Assembly (NCBI GenBank): GCA_963702725.1 | Contig: CAVPDT010000001.1 | Span: 41,803 to 105,802 of the forward strand | Direction: 5' to 3' | From: an uncultured Solirubrobacterales bacterium | GTDB lineage: Bacteria > Actinomycetota > Thermoleophilia > Solirubrobacterales > Solirubrobacteraceae | DNA length: 64,000 bases | Shown: in pieces, positions 50,060-60,601 of the stretch | How positions within the stretch are numbered: the stretch's first letter is position 1 | Layout: each line of letters opens with the position of its first letter | Translations under genes and position numbers: made by a program | The notes under the pieces: model-generated | Seen by the model: only the letters and a program-made list of their open reading frames with translations | The model's database searches: none | Told to the model about the DNA's origin: nothing

Positions 50060-51960
50060 GAGGGCCCTCGCCGGAGGTGCACCGTGCCCCACTCGTCCAC
50101 CCTGCCCGACCAGCCGGCGGGAACGTAGAGCGTGGCCTCGGGCAGCGGACACACCGCCGGTCCCTCGATCGGAGTGCCATCGGCGCCCTCGACGCTTCGC
50201 AGGCTCAGCCGCGCAGTCGCGCCCCAGACCGAGAGGCGAATCGTCACCAACTCAACATCGCCCGAGTCGTCGCGATGGCCGTAACGTCGCTCGTGCTCCC
50301 GGGCGAACTCCTCGCGCAGGATCGCCGGGTCGATGCAGTCCGACTCGACGGGCAGCTCGTGCGACTGGCCGCGGTAGCGCAGCTCATAGACCGTTCGCTC
50401 GCGCCCGCCCTGCGTGAGAGGCGCCTGTGCGCGCAGATCTTGGCGCGCGTTCGCAAGAGCCCGCGTGGTCAGCTGCGATCCGCGCAGCATGACCGTACGC
50501 GAAACGTCGCGCCTTGGCGTCGCCGCGGCCAATCCGAGCGCGCACAGCACGCCGGAGGCGCGCGGGCAGAGCACGCGCTCGATGCCAAGCTCAGCCGCGA
50601 GCGCGCACGCGTGCAACGGTCCGGCGCCCCCGAAGGGCATGAGCGCGTACTCGCGCGGGTCGATGCCGCGCTCGACGGTCATCACGCGCAGCGCCCGCAA
50701 CATCTCGGCCTCGGCGACGCGCACGATCCCGGCGGCGCATTCGCGCGTGTCCAGCCCCAGTTCTTCCGCGATCGCGGCCACCGCGCGCTCGGCCGCGGCG
50801 ACGTCGAGCGCGAGCCCGCCCGCCAGGGGCGTGTCCACCGGCAGGCGTCCGAGCAGCAGGTTGGCGTCGGTGACCGTCGCGCGCTCGCCGCCCTGCCCGT
50901 AACAGGCCGGCCCGGGCACGGCGCCGGCCGATTCGGGGCCGACCCGCAGCGCGCCGCCGCCGTCGCGCCAGGCGATCGAGCCTCCGCCGGCCCCGACCGT
51001 GTGGATGTCGAGCGCTCCCAGCGCCAGGGGACGACCGGCGACGGTGCGCTGCGCGGTCTCTGAGACCTGCCCGCCCGAGATCAGGCAGACGTCGCAGGAG
51101 GTGCCGCCCATGTCGAAGCACAGCACGTTCTCCTCGCACGCCAAGCCCGCGAGCAGCAGCGCGCCGCCGACGCCGCCGGCGGGCCCGGAGAGAATTGTGA
51201 GCGCCGCATGAGACGCCGCACGGTCAGCCGAGGCGAGCCCGCCCGAGGACTGCATGATCTCGGGCTCCGGCAGGCCCTGCGCGGAGGACTGCGCGGCCAG
51301 CCTGCGCAGATAGGCGCCGACGAGCGGGCTGAGCGCGGCGTCGAGCACGGTCGTGGCCGTGCGCTCGTACTCGCGAAACGTGCCCACGAGCTCGCTCGAG
51401 ACCGACACGTGCGTCGCAGGCGGCAAGCGCTCGGCGAGCAGGCGCCCGAGCAGGCGCTCATGCTCTGGGTGCGCGTAGGAATGCAGCAGCGCCACCGCCA
51501 CCGCCTCCGGAGCAGCCGCCGCGACCTCGTCGACCAGCGCACCGGCCGCGGCCGGATCGAGCGCGAGCAGCGGACCGTCCGGCCCGCAGCGCTCGGGTGC
51601 GGCGAATCGCAACTGTGCCGGCACCAGCGGCGCGGGCGCGGCGTCACACAGCCTGTAGAGATGCGGGCGCGCCTGGCGTCCCAGCTCGATCACGTCGGTG
51701 AACCCGGCCGTGGCGATCAGCGCGGTGCGCGCCGCGCGCCCCTCCAGCAGCGCGTTCGTCGCGACGGTCATTCCGTGCGCGAAGCCGCTCACCTCGCCCG
51801 GCACGGCCCCTGCCCGCGCGAGCACCTCGCTCACCGCTTCGAGCACACCTGCGGACTGATCTTGGGGCGTCGTCGGGACCTTCGCGGAGTGCACCGCACC
51901 GTCCGCGTTAACGAGCACCGCGTCGGTGAACGTCCCGCCTACGTCTACGCCAAGAAGCAT
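50056..51960 (-). CDS. hydantoinase A / 5-oxoprolinase family protein
   Basis: GVDVGGTFTD, HGMTVATN, EYER, SGPAGG, DMGGTSCD, GAGGGS, GPACYG. Confidence 0.93.
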
Positions 51961-52056
51961 TCACGACAGCGTATGCGGGACCGGACGTCCCGCGCCCCCG
52001 GCCGCGGTCCGCGCACAAAACATGCGCGGACGCGACCCACCCCCGACAACCCCCAA

Positions 52057-52536
52057 TCAGGCCGCCGCCAGCTCCCGATCCTCGGTCTCGGCGAGGTGCT
52101 GATGGGAGGGGCAGTAGCCGTTGTGCGCCAGCGGCACGCGCTGGCAGGCCGAACCCTTGCGGGTCGTCGCGCGACATCGCGGCGCCTGGCCGCTGACGGC
52201 TGTGTATGCCGCGACCGGATTCTCGACGAGAAAGCGCTGGGCGTAACCGATGTAGCGGTTGACGACGCGGTGCACGTGACCCTGCTCGCTCATCGCGAAA
52301 TAGCTGCGGATGTCGCAATAGAGCGTGCGCGCGGGATAGGCGAAGTAGTGACGGTCGGTCGCCATCCGCTCGACGACCGCCTCGCATGCGTGCAGCACGC
52401 GCTCGTGGTTCACGCTCGCGTTCTCGCCGTGCGCGGGCGGGAGGATGTGGGGCGAAAGCTCCCTGTAGATGGCCCGGCTGAATTGATACATGGCGTGGTA
52501 TGACCCCTCTCCTTGTCGATCTCTGAGCTTGAGCAC
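52057..52536 (-). CDS. hypothetical protein with C-terminal CCCH-type zinc finger
   Basis: CRATTRKGSAC-x10-CPSH; start may be the internal MYQF. Confidence 0.7.
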   Translation of the reverse strand: MLKLRDRQGEGSYHAMYQFSRAIYRELSPHILPPAHGENASVNHERVLHACEAVVERMATDRHYFAYPARTLYCDIRSYFAMSEQGHVHRVVNRYIGYAQRFLVENPVAAYTAVSGQAPRCRATTRKGSACQRVPLAHNGYCPSHQHLAETEDRELAAA

Positions 52537-52783
52537 ACCCGCCGTGTCCTTAAGACTCCGATCGTCCCCCGTTCTTCCACCACCTAGAACACCGGCGCTA
52601 CCAGAAAAGATGCGGTGTCGCGCCGGCAGGTTTATCCGTTTGGGGGGTGACCCATAGCCCGGCGGTCCCGACGGCGCCGCCGGCGCCGGTCACCGCACGG
52701 GCGGGCATGGTCGGGAGCGCCTTTTGCGGCGGTCCCGCGGTTGGCTTTGGGCCGGGCCCGAAGGGTGAGGCCCGAGCCTTCCA

Positions 52784-54325
52784 CTACTCCCAGGTCTCCC
52801 AGCTGACCTCGTCCTCGCCCGCGACGACCGCGTGACGGTGATCGAGCGCCGGATCGCGCTCGGGATGGTCAAGGCGCAGATGCGCGCCGCGGCTCTCCCT
52901 GCGCGCGAGCGCGCAGCGCGCAATCAGCCGAGCCAGCGGGTGGGTGTCCGCGAGCAGCCGGCGCAGGCCATCGCCCGTGCGCTCGATCCCCGCGTCGCGC
53001 CAGAGCCCCGCTCGCGTACCGGCCTCGGCGCCGGGGATCGGCGGAGTCTGCGCCAGCCTGCCGATCTCAACCGGGGTCGCGAGTCGCGGGGCGGGCTCTG
53101 ACAGGGCTGCGCCGACGGCGCGGCGCGCGAACACGAAACACTCGCTGAGCGAGTTCGACGCCAGCCGGTTGGCGCCGTGCAGTCCCGTGCAGGAGACCTC
53201 CCCGACGGCATACAACCCGGCGACGCTCGATCGCGCGTGCAGGTCGACGGCGATCCCGCCCATCGCGTAATGGGCGGCCGGCGCGACCGGCACCAGCTCG
53301 CGGGTGGGATCCAGGCCGGCGTCGCGCAGGGCGGCGAAGACGTTCGGGAAGTGCGCCGGGTCGATCGCGCGCATGTCCAGCCCGACCGAATTCGCGCCGC
53401 TCTCGCGCAATCGCGCCTGGATCGCCCTCGAGACCTCGTCGCGGGGCAGGAGCTCATCGACGAAGCGCTCGCCCGTACCGGAGTCGTGCAGCGTGGCGCC
53501 CTCGCCGCGGATCGCCTCGGTAACGAGAAAGCCTTCGCGCCCGGGCACGCCGTTTACGGCGGTGGGGTGGAACTGCAACAACTCCAGGTCGGCCAGTCGC
53601 GCCCCGGCGGCGTGCGCCAGCAGCAGGCCGACGCCTTGAGAGCCGGGCGGGTTGGTCGTGCGCGCCCACAGCGCCGCTGCGCCGCCGGTCGCGAGCACGA
53701 CAGCCCGCGCGGACACGACGCTCGCACGCCCGCTCCCCGGATGGCCGCGATGCCCGTTGCGCCAGTCCTCGCACAGCAGCCCGCGACAGCGAACGGCCGT
53801 GCCCGGCTGCGCGTCGAGGTCGGTCCACAGGGCGCGCGCACGGGCGCCCTCCAGCACGGTTATCCGCTCCTCGGCGGCGGCCAGCGCCGACAGCTGCCTG
53901 ACGACACGTCGCCCGGTAGCGCTGCCGCCGGCGTGCACGATGCGCCTGATCGAGTGCCCGCCCTCCAACCCGAGCGCGAGCCGCCCGAAGCGGTCGGCGT
54001 CGAAGCTCACCCCCAGCGACTGCAGGTCCTCGACGCACGCGGGCGCCTCGCGCACGAGGATCTCGGCCGCCGAGCGCCTGACAAGCTCACGCCCCGCACG
54101 CTCGGTGTCGGCGAGATGGAGCCGGGGCGTGTCATCGGCGGCGAGCGCCGCGGCGAGGCCGCCCTGGGCCCAGTAGCTGGCGGTCTGCGCCAGCGGCGTG
54201 GCCGACACCAGGACTACGCGAGCGCCGTCTCGGGCGGCGCACAGCGCCGCGTACAGCCCGGCAGCGCCCGCGCCCACAACCGCGAGGTCGGCCTCCGTGG
54301 TGGAGGTTTGGGAGATCGTGTTCAT
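52784..54325 (-). CDS. nadB: L-aspartate oxidase
   Basis: VGAGAAG, SYWAQGG, LEGGHS, QFHPT, TEAIRGEGA, AAHYAMGG, GLHGANRLASNSLSEC. Confidence 0.92.
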   Translation of the reverse strand: MNTISQTSTTEADLAVVGAGAAGLYAALCAARDGARVVLVSATPLAQTASYWAQGGLAAALAADDTPRLHLADTERAGRELVRRSAAEILVREAPACVEDLQSLGVSFDADRFGRLALGLEGGHSIRRIVHAGGSATGRRVVRQLSALAAAEERITVLEGARARALWTDLDAQPGTAVRCRGLLCEDWRNGHRGHPGSGRASVVSARAVVLATGGAAALWARTTNPPGSQGVGLLLAHAAGARLADLELLQFHPTAVNGVPGREGFLVTEAIRGEGATLHDSGTGERFVDELLPRDEVSRAIQARLRESGANSVGLDMRAIDPAHFPNVFAALRDAGLDPTRELVPVAPAAHYAMGGIAVDLHARSSVAGLYAVGEVSCTGLHGANRLASNSLSECFVFARRAVGAALSEPAPRLATPVEIGRLAQTPPIPGAEAGTRAGLWRDAGIERTGDGLRRLLADTHPLARLIARCALARRESRGAHLRLDHPERDPALDHRHAVVAGEDEVSWETWE

Positions 54326-54346
54326 CGCGGCGCGCGTGGGTGGAGG

Positions 54347-54937
54347 CTATTTTTTGGTGCGCGGCAAGAAGCCGGCTTTGCGCAGCGCTTCTTCGGTCGA
54401 GGGCGAGGCGCCGGTCCGCGTATTCGTGGGCGTGGTTACGGTCGGCGTGGTCGCGGGAGCGGTCGGGCTGCCGGTCGTGGTGGCCGTGGACGGATTGATC
54501 GTCGTCGGCGTGCCCGGCGTGACGGCGCCCGCGGTCGTGGGCGCCACCGCCCCGCCGAGGCCGGTCGCCCCGCTCGCGCCGGTCGTGGTCGTGGGGATCG
54601 TGCCCTGGGTCGCTCCCGAGAGCACCGGCGCCGCCGTCGTGATCGTCCGCGTTATCGGGGGTGGTGTGGTTGCGGTCGGCGAGCCGCCGCTCAGTTTGAC
54701 GAGCGCCGCCGCGAGCACTCCCAGTGAAAGCGCGGCGATCGCGGCGATCGCGACGATCGGGGCCTTCCAGTTGGTCGGCGCCGCCAGGCGCGTGCGCGCG
54801 GCGGCGCCGCAGCTCAGGCACCACTCCTGGCGAGGGTCCAACGGGGCGCCGCACAGCGGGCAGGACGCATCGACGGGCGGCGGCGGCGCCGCACTGTGCG
54901 AGGGGAGGGCCGGCGGCGGCGGAGTGGCGACGCTCAA
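54347..54937 (-). CDS. zinc-ribbon membrane protein with Thr/Pro-rich C-terminus
   Basis: TTGA overlap with the upstream stop; CPLC-x10-CLSC, then one TM helix. Confidence 0.7.
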   Translation of the reverse strand: MSVATPPPPALPSHSAAPPPPVDASCPLCGAPLDPRQEWCLSCGAAARTRLAAPTNWKAPIVAIAAIAALSLGVLAAALVKLSGGSPTATTPPPITRTITTAAPVLSGATQGTIPTTTTGASGATGLGGAVAPTTAGAVTPGTPTTINPSTATTTGSPTAPATTPTVTTPTNTRTGASPSTEEALRKAGFLPRTKK

Positions 54938-55785
54938 GGGTCTTTGACGGGTGGACGGACGATCTCTGTCGGCTCCTCCACGCTCGGGCCGTCCTTGCCC
55001 ACGGCGGGACCGTCGCTCGCGCTCGGCGTCGGGCCGGCGTCCTTGGCGGGTGTGGCGGTGCGCGGCGCCGGCGCCGCGGGCGCCGGAGTTGCGGTGGCGG
55101 GCACCGGGGGCGCGGTCGAGCTGGGCGCGAGCGCCGGGGATGTGGTGGCGCCCGCGGCGGGCTCCGGGGATGGAGGCCCGGCGGATGATGGAGTTCCGGC
55201 CGGGGCCGGGGCCGGCGTCGCCGGCCCCGGGGTGTGCACGGCGGTCGGAGACATCGCGGGCGCCGGTCCCGGCGCCGTCGGCGCTGGGGGAGACGTCGGC
55301 GTCGGCGCGGGCGCGGCCTGCGCCGCGGTCTGGGGACCGGCCATCGGACGCTCGGCGCGCAGGTCCATCGCCAGGCCGCAGTTGGGGCAGAAGCGGTCGT
55401 CGCTGCCATGGATCGCGGCGCAGCGCGGACACGCCGCGACGCCCGCTTCGCGCAGGACGGTCACCGGCCGGCGCTCGGCCAGGGTCGCTTCCAGGGCGCG
55501 CAACTCGGTGTCGATGCGCCCGATCGTCTCGAGCTTGGCGAGCACCAGCGCGTCGTTGCGTCGTCCGAAGCGGTGCAGGTCAAACACGAGCCCGCCGAGG
55601 TCGCGGTAGGCCAGCTCTCTGGCCTTGCGCAGGAAGCGCATGCGCCGGCGCATGCGCCCGCGCTCGCTGAACCCGGGCGGGCCGCTGGGCGCTTCGGGCC
55701 GGCTGTTCGGCGTGTCCTCGACCGTGGGCGCCGGTACGACACCGGTGTCGTCTGTCGCCGGACTGGTGGTCTGCGTGTCGTCCAT
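54934..55785 (-). CDS. zinc-ribbon domain protein with coiled-coil and Pro/Ala-rich tail
   Basis: ATG 55785; RELAYRDLGGLVFDLHR...; CPRC-x10-CPNC. Confidence 0.75.
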   Translation of the reverse strand: MDDTQTTSPATDDTGVVPAPTVEDTPNSRPEAPSGPPGFSERGRMRRRMRFLRKARELAYRDLGGLVFDLHRFGRRNDALVLAKLETIGRIDTELRALEATLAERRPVTVLREAGVAACPRCAAIHGSDDRFCPNCGLAMDLRAERPMAGPQTAAQAAPAPTPTSPPAPTAPGPAPAMSPTAVHTPGPATPAPAPAGTPSSAGPPSPEPAAGATTSPALAPSSTAPPVPATATPAPAAPAPRTATPAKDAGPTPSASDGPAVGKDGPSVEEPTEIVRPPVKDP

Positions 55786-55814
55786 TGACCGTCCCATGCT
55801 ACCCGGGCCCTGTG

Positions 55815-56780
55815 TCAGACGCCGCGTTCGCGCGCCGGCGCCCCACCCCGGCCGGCGTGCTCCAGGGCCGCGCGCCACGCCTCCAGCACGCGTTCTGCCA
55901 TGCGTGGCGCGGAGAACGGCTCGGCGTGGGAGCGACCGGCGATGCGCGGGTCGGGATCGCTCAGGTGCGGCGCCAGCGCAGCACGCCAGACGGCGAGGTC
56001 AAACCGCGCGCACAACGTGCCCGCGACGCCCTGCAGCGCCTGTGGATGTGTGCCCACGGGCGTGGCGAGCACCGGCACGTCACACGCCAGCGCCTCCAGC
56101 ACGGCCAACCCGAACCCCTCGCGCGCGCTGGGGACGATCACGGCGTTGGCGGCGTTGACCCATTGGGCGACGAGCTCGGGATCGACGTTGTAGAGCGCGC
56201 GCACTTCCACGTTCGCGTCGCGCGCCAGCTCGAGCGCCTGGTCGTAGTGCTTCTCCTTGCGGGAGGGCCGGGCGAGAAACAGCACGAACGGCTCGTCGGG
56301 GTCGAGCTTCAACTCGGCGCGGGCGCGGGCGCGGGGGATCGGGTGAAAGCGCCTCAGATCGACGCCGCACGGCAGCACCAGCGCGCGCTCGTCTTCGACG
56401 GGCAATCGTTGCGCAAGTTCGGTGGATGCCGCGGCGAGGAGGTCCATGCGCGGGATCACCTTCGCGGTAAGACGGCGCGTGCGCGGGTGGCTGAGGTCGG
56501 TGCCGTGCACCGTCAGCGCACGCACTCGCGCGCGTACCGCCAATGCGGGCCAGGCGGTGAGCCCGTAGTGGGCGTGCACGATGTCGAAGCGCTCGCGCCC
56601 GTAGCGGCGGCGCAGATTCCCGGCGGCGCGCACGAGCTCGCGCTTGCCGGGTGCAAACTCATGCAACTCCACATCCACGCCCTCGAGTTCGCGCAGCGAG
56701 TCGACCTGGTCGCGCACGAATCGCCCACGCTGGGGATGGGCCCGATCGGGCTGCATGTTCGAGACGACGAGCGCGCGCAC
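55815..56780 (-). CDS. glycosyltransferase family 4
   Basis: RALVVSNM.P, DIVHAHYG, EGFGLAVLEALACDVPVLATPVG. Confidence 0.88.
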   Translation of the reverse strand: MRALVVSNMQPDRAHPQRGRFVRDQVDSLRELEGVDVELHEFAPGKRELVRAAGNLRRRYGRERFDIVHAHYGLTAWPALAVRARVRALTVHGTDLSHPRTRRLTAKVIPRMDLLAAASTELAQRLPVEDERALVLPCGVDLRRFHPIPRARARAELKLDPDEPFVLFLARPSRKEKHYDQALELARDANVEVRALYNVDPELVAQWVNAANAVIVPSAREGFGLAVLEALACDVPVLATPVGTHPQALQGVAGTLCARFDLAVWRAALAPHLSDPDPRIAGRSHAEPFSAPRMAERVLEAWRAALEHAGRGGAPARERGV

Positions 56781-56805
56781 GGATCGCTCAACGTAGCGCT
56801 CTGAG

Positions 56806-57684
56806 ATGATGGCGCGCATGGACAGCGCTTCCAGTGGCGGCCGGGACGCGCGCGCGCGGCCGATCGCCGTGTTCGATTCGGGCGTGGGCGGGCTGACGGT
56901 GTTGCACGAGCTGCTCGTGCGCTTGCCGCGCGAGGATTTCGTGTATCTGGGGGACACCGCCCGCTTCCCCTACGGCGAACGCTCTCCCGATGAGATCGAG
57001 CGCTTCGCCGCGGAGATCGCCGAGGAGTTGCTGCGCCGCCAGGCCAAGCTGCTGGTCGTAGCGTGCAACTCCGCGACTTCGGCGGCCTTGCCGAGCCTCA
57101 GCGCGCGTATGCGCCAGACGACGCTCGGCATCGACGTGCTGGGGGTCGTTCGCCCGGAGGCGTTGCGCGCCGTCGCGGTCACTCGCAGTGGCCGTATCGG
57201 CCTGCTGGCGACGCCCACGACCGTGAACAGCGGCGCCTATGAGCGGGCTGTCGCGGCGGTCGATCCGCACGTGGCGCTGCATGCGGTCCCGTGCCCGACG
57301 CTGGCCTCGATCATCCAGGCTGGAGAGCAGTTCGACGAGCAGGCGGTGGCGAGCGTCCGCGCGGCATGCGAGCCGTTGCGGCGGGCGGGCGTGGACACGG
57401 TGATCCTCGGCTGCACGCACTACCCACTGATCAGTCCGCTGCTGCAGCGTACGCTCGGCCCGGAGGTTGAGCTGATCACTTCCGGAGCGGCGCTCGCGCG
57501 CCAGGTCGAGCACGCCCTCAGCACGCGCGAGCTGCGCAACCCCCGCGCAGCGGGCGAGGGCGAGTACCGGTTCCTGTGTACCGGCGACGTCGATGCCTTC
57601 CGCGAGCTGGGAACGCGCTTTCTGCAGATGCCGTTGGGCGAGGTCGAGCACGTCGAGCTGGCCGGCGTGGAGGCGATCGCGTGA
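56806..57684 (+). CDS. murI: glutamate racemase
   Basis: FDSGVGGLTV, PYG, VACNSAT, LGCTHYP. Confidence 0.96.
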   Translation: MMARMDSASSGGRDARARPIAVFDSGVGGLTVLHELLVRLPREDFVYLGDTARFPYGERSPDEIERFAAEIAEELLRRQAKLLVVACNSATSAALPSLSARMRQTTLGIDVLGVVRPEALRAVAVTRSGRIGLLATPTTVNSGAYERAVAAVDPHVALHAVPCPTLASIIQAGEQFDEQAVASVRAACEPLRRAGVDTVILGCTHYPLISPLLQRTLGPEVELITSGAALARQVEHALSTRELRNPRAAGEGEYRFLCTGDVDAFRELGTRFLQMPLGEVEHVELAGVEAIA

Positions 57685-57739
57685 GGCATACGGCGCATGA
57701 GGCGGCCGTCGCCATGGTCGCGGGAAGCGGGTGCCCGGC

Positions 57740-58477
57740 ATGAGCAAGCGCAGCCACGACCGCCGACCGGACGGCCTGCGAGCGACCACGATCGAGCCTG
57801 GGTTCGTGCGCGCGGCGACCGGCTCGGCGCTGATCTCGATCGGTGGGACGCGCGTCATCTGCACCGCCGCCGCCCAGGAGACGGTGCCCAGGTGGATGGC
57901 CGGCAAGGGCAAGGGCTGGGTCACCGCCGAGTACGCGATGCTGCCGGCCTCCACCGGCGATCGCAAGCCGCGCGACATCGCCAAGGGCCGCCCGGACGGG
58001 CGCTCGGTCGAGATCCAGCGCCTGATCGGGCGCTCGCTGCGAGGCGTCGTGGACTTCAAGGCCCTGGGAGAACGCACGATCTATCTCGACTGCGACGTGC
58101 TCGAAGCCGACGGCGGCACACGCTGCGCGTCGATCACCGGCGCATACGTGGCCCTGGCGCTCGCGTGCGCCAAACTGCGGGAGAAGGGTCGCCTGCAGGA
58201 GAGCCCCCTGACCGGCTCGGTCGCGGCGGTCTCGTGCGGGATCGTCGACGGTCAGCCGCGACTGGACCTCGACTATGGCGAGGACTCAAACGCAGAGGTC
58301 GACGCGAACGTCGTGATGACCGGCGACGGCGGCCTGGTCGAGGTGCAGGCCACGGCCGAGCGCACACCCCTCTCGCGCGCGCATCTGGACGAGCTGCTGG
58401 CGCTCGCCGCGGGCGGCATCGAGACGCTGCGCGAACTGCAGGCATTGGCGATCGCGCAAGCCACGGTCGCAGCGTGA
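57740..58477 (+). CDS. rph: ribonuclease PH
   Basis: [46 protein letters not shown]. Confidence 0.97.
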   Translation: MSKRSHDRRPDGLRATTIEPGFVRAATGSALISIGGTRVICTAAAQETVPRWMAGKGKGWVTAEYAMLPASTGDRKPRDIAKGRPDGRSVEIQRLIGRSLRGVVDFKALGERTIYLDCDVLEADGGTRCASITGAYVALALACAKLREKGRLQESPLTGSVAAVSCGIVDGQPRLDLDYGEDSNAEVDANVVMTGDGGLVEVQATAERTPLSRAHLDELLALAAGGIETLRELQALAIAQATVAA

Positions 58478-59055
58478 AAACACTGCTGCTGGCTACGCGT
58501 AACGAGCACAAGCGCCGTGAGTTCGCGCGATTGCTGCCGGGTTGGCACATCGAGACGCTGCCCGACGAGGTGCGGCTGCCGCCGGAGGACGGGGAGACGT
58601 TCGCGCAGAACGCGCTGCCCAAGGCCCGCGCGGCGGCCGCGGCGACCGGCAGGATCAGCATCGCCGACGATTCCGGCATCGAGGCCGCGGCGTTGGAGGG
58701 TAGGCCGGGCGTGCGCTCGGCTCGCTACGGCGGCGAGCACGCAAGCGACGAGCAGAACCTCGCCCTGCTCATGCGTGAGGCGCCGGCCGGCAGCGCGCTG
58801 CGGTACGTGTGCGCGCTCGCCTACGTGAACCCGCAGACAGGTGAGGAGCGCCTGTTCGAAGGTCACTGCACCGGCACGTTGGCCGCCGTGCCCTGTGGCG
58901 AGCGGGGCTTCGGCTATGACCCGGCGTTCGTGCCCGACGATTGGCCCGAGAAGGAAACGCTGGCCGAGCTGAGCGACGAGCAGAAGGATCGGATTAGCCA
59001 CCGTGGCCGCGCCGCCGAGGCGCTGCTGCAGTGGCTTGGGACTACGACAGGTTGA
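58474..59055 (+). CDS. rdgB: RdgB/HAM1 non-canonical purine NTP pyrophosphatase
   Basis: [39 protein letters not shown]. Confidence 0.95.
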   Translation: MKTLLLATRNEHKRREFARLLPGWHIETLPDEVRLPPEDGETFAQNALPKARAAAAATGRISIADDSGIEAAALEGRPGVRSARYGGEHASDEQNLALLMREAPAGSALRYVCALAYVNPQTGEERLFEGHCTGTLAAVPCGERGFGYDPAFVPDDWPEKETLAELSDEQKDRISHRGRAAEALLQWLGTTTG

Positions 59056-59182
59056 TCGCGGCGGCCGCCCCTACGGCGGTGGACAACCCCGCATAGCCGG
59101 TGTAGCCCGCCAACAGCAGCAGCAGCGCCGTGAGCAGGGCTACGAACACCGTCAGGATCCATGCGACGCGTTCGAAGGTCAT
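59042..59182 (-). CDS. unannotated 46-aa membrane protein
   Basis: [46 protein letters not shown]; AGGA RBS; below the ORF-track cutoff. Confidence 0.6.
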   Translation of the reverse strand: MTFERVAWILTVFVALLTALLLLLAGYTGYAGLSTAVGAAAAINLS

Positions 59183-59286
59183 CGTCCTGATTGTCGCCGA
59201 TGCGGCGGTCGTGGCGCCAAATCGTCCGCAAACGCTGTTAGCGTCAGGAAAAATCGATCCTTTGAGCAGCCATGAAGGAGGGCGAA

Positions 59287-59565
59287 GTGACGAAGTCCGA
59301 GTTGGTCGATCAGGTGGCCGATCGCGCCGACCTGACCAAAGGCGAGGCGGCGCGCGCGGTCGAGGCGGTGCTGGGCACCGTTCAAGACACGCTGCGGCGC
59401 GGCAGCGAGATAACGTTGTCGGGGTTCGGCAAGTTCCACGTCGGCGAGCGCGGCGCGCGCCAGGGCGTCAACCCGCGCACCGGCGAGCGCATCCAGATCG
59501 CCGCCGCGCGCGTCCCGCGATTCACGGCCGGAACCGGTCTGAAGAACGCGGTCAAGGGCCGCTGA
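59287..59565 (+). CDS. hup: HU family DNA-binding protein
   Basis: MTKSELVDQVA, ITLSGFGKF, GVNPRTGE, PRFTAG; GAAGGAG RBS. Confidence 0.96.
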   Translation: MTKSELVDQVADRADLTKGEAARAVEAVLGTVQDTLRRGSEITLSGFGKFHVGERGARQGVNPRTGERIQIAAARVPRFTAGTGLKNAVKGR

Positions 59566-59578
59566 GCGCCGAGGCCGC

Positions 59579-60586
59579 GTGCCCGAGGCGCCCGCAGACG
59601 CCGAGGCCGCGAAGGCCGGCTCATTCGGCGACGCGCTGGCTGCGCGGGTTGGAGAACGCGAGTCGCAGATAGTGCTCGGGCTCGACCCCGATCCGAGCGC
59701 GCTGTGGCCGGGCATGGACGAGGCCGGGCGCGGGATCGGCGATCAGGACGCCGCCGGCGCCAACGGAGCCTCTTCGCCCGCCCAGCGGGCTGCGTGCGCC
59801 GTGCAGGCTCACTGCCTGGCGCTGATCGACGCGGCCGGACCGGCGTGTGTCGCGGTCAAGCCCCAACTCGCGTGCTTCGAGCGGCTGGGCGCCGTCGGTC
59901 GCCACGCGCTGGAGGGAGTGGTGCGGCACGCCCACGAGGCGGGACTGCTCGTGATCGCCGACGGCAAGCGCGGTGACATCGACGTGAGCGCCCGGGCATA
60001 CGCGCAGGCGCTGTTCGGCGGCCTGCGGACGCCGTTCGGCGAGGTCGCCGGCCTGGGCGCGGACATGGCGACGGTCAATCCACTGATGGGCAGGGACGCC
60101 GTCGAGCCGTTCGTCACGGCCGCGCGCGCGGCCGGAGGCGGCGTGCTGGCGCTCGTGCGCACGTCCAACCCCGGTGCGTCTGACGTCGAGGATCTGGAGT
60201 TGGCCGGGACGGGGAACGCGCCGGCAGGCGCCGGCGCCGGAACCGTCTGGGAGCGACTGGCGGAGATCGTGGACGAGTTGGGCCGCCCGGGCGTCGGGGA
60301 AAGTGGCCTCGGCGATGTCGGGGCCGTCATCGGCGCCACCGTCCCCGGCCACATCGCGCGAGCGCGCGAACTGATGCCCCACGCCGTGTTCCTGCTGCCC
60401 GGCGTCGGCGCGCAGGGCGGTCGCGTGCAGGACCTCGCCCCGGCGTTCGTTCCCTCTCGCGCGGGGGGGCTGGTGTCCGCGTCGCGCGCGATCGCGAACG
60501 CCTATCAGAGCGTTGGGGGCGAACCGGCGAGCGCGGCTCGTGCGGAGGCCGAGCGCCTGCGAGACCTCGCCTGGGAGTTGTCGTAG
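59579..60586 (+). CDS. pyrF: orotidine-5'-phosphate decarboxylase (type 2)
   Basis: LGLDP, VKPQLACFE, DGKRGDI, RTSNPG, VIGAT, LLPGVGAQGG. Confidence 0.93.
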   Translation: MPEAPADAEAAKAGSFGDALAARVGERESQIVLGLDPDPSALWPGMDEAGRGIGDQDAAGANGASSPAQRAACAVQAHCLALIDAAGPACVAVKPQLACFERLGAVGRHALEGVVRHAHEAGLLVIADGKRGDIDVSARAYAQALFGGLRTPFGEVAGLGADMATVNPLMGRDAVEPFVTAARAAGGGVLALVRTSNPGASDVEDLELAGTGNAPAGAGAGTVWERLAEIVDELGRPGVGESGLGDVGAVIGATVPGHIARARELMPHAVFLLPGVGAQGGRVQDLAPAFVPSRAGGLVSASRAIANAYQSVGGEPASAARAEAERLRDLAWELS

Positions 60587-60601
60587 TAGTCTGAACCCGC
60601 C

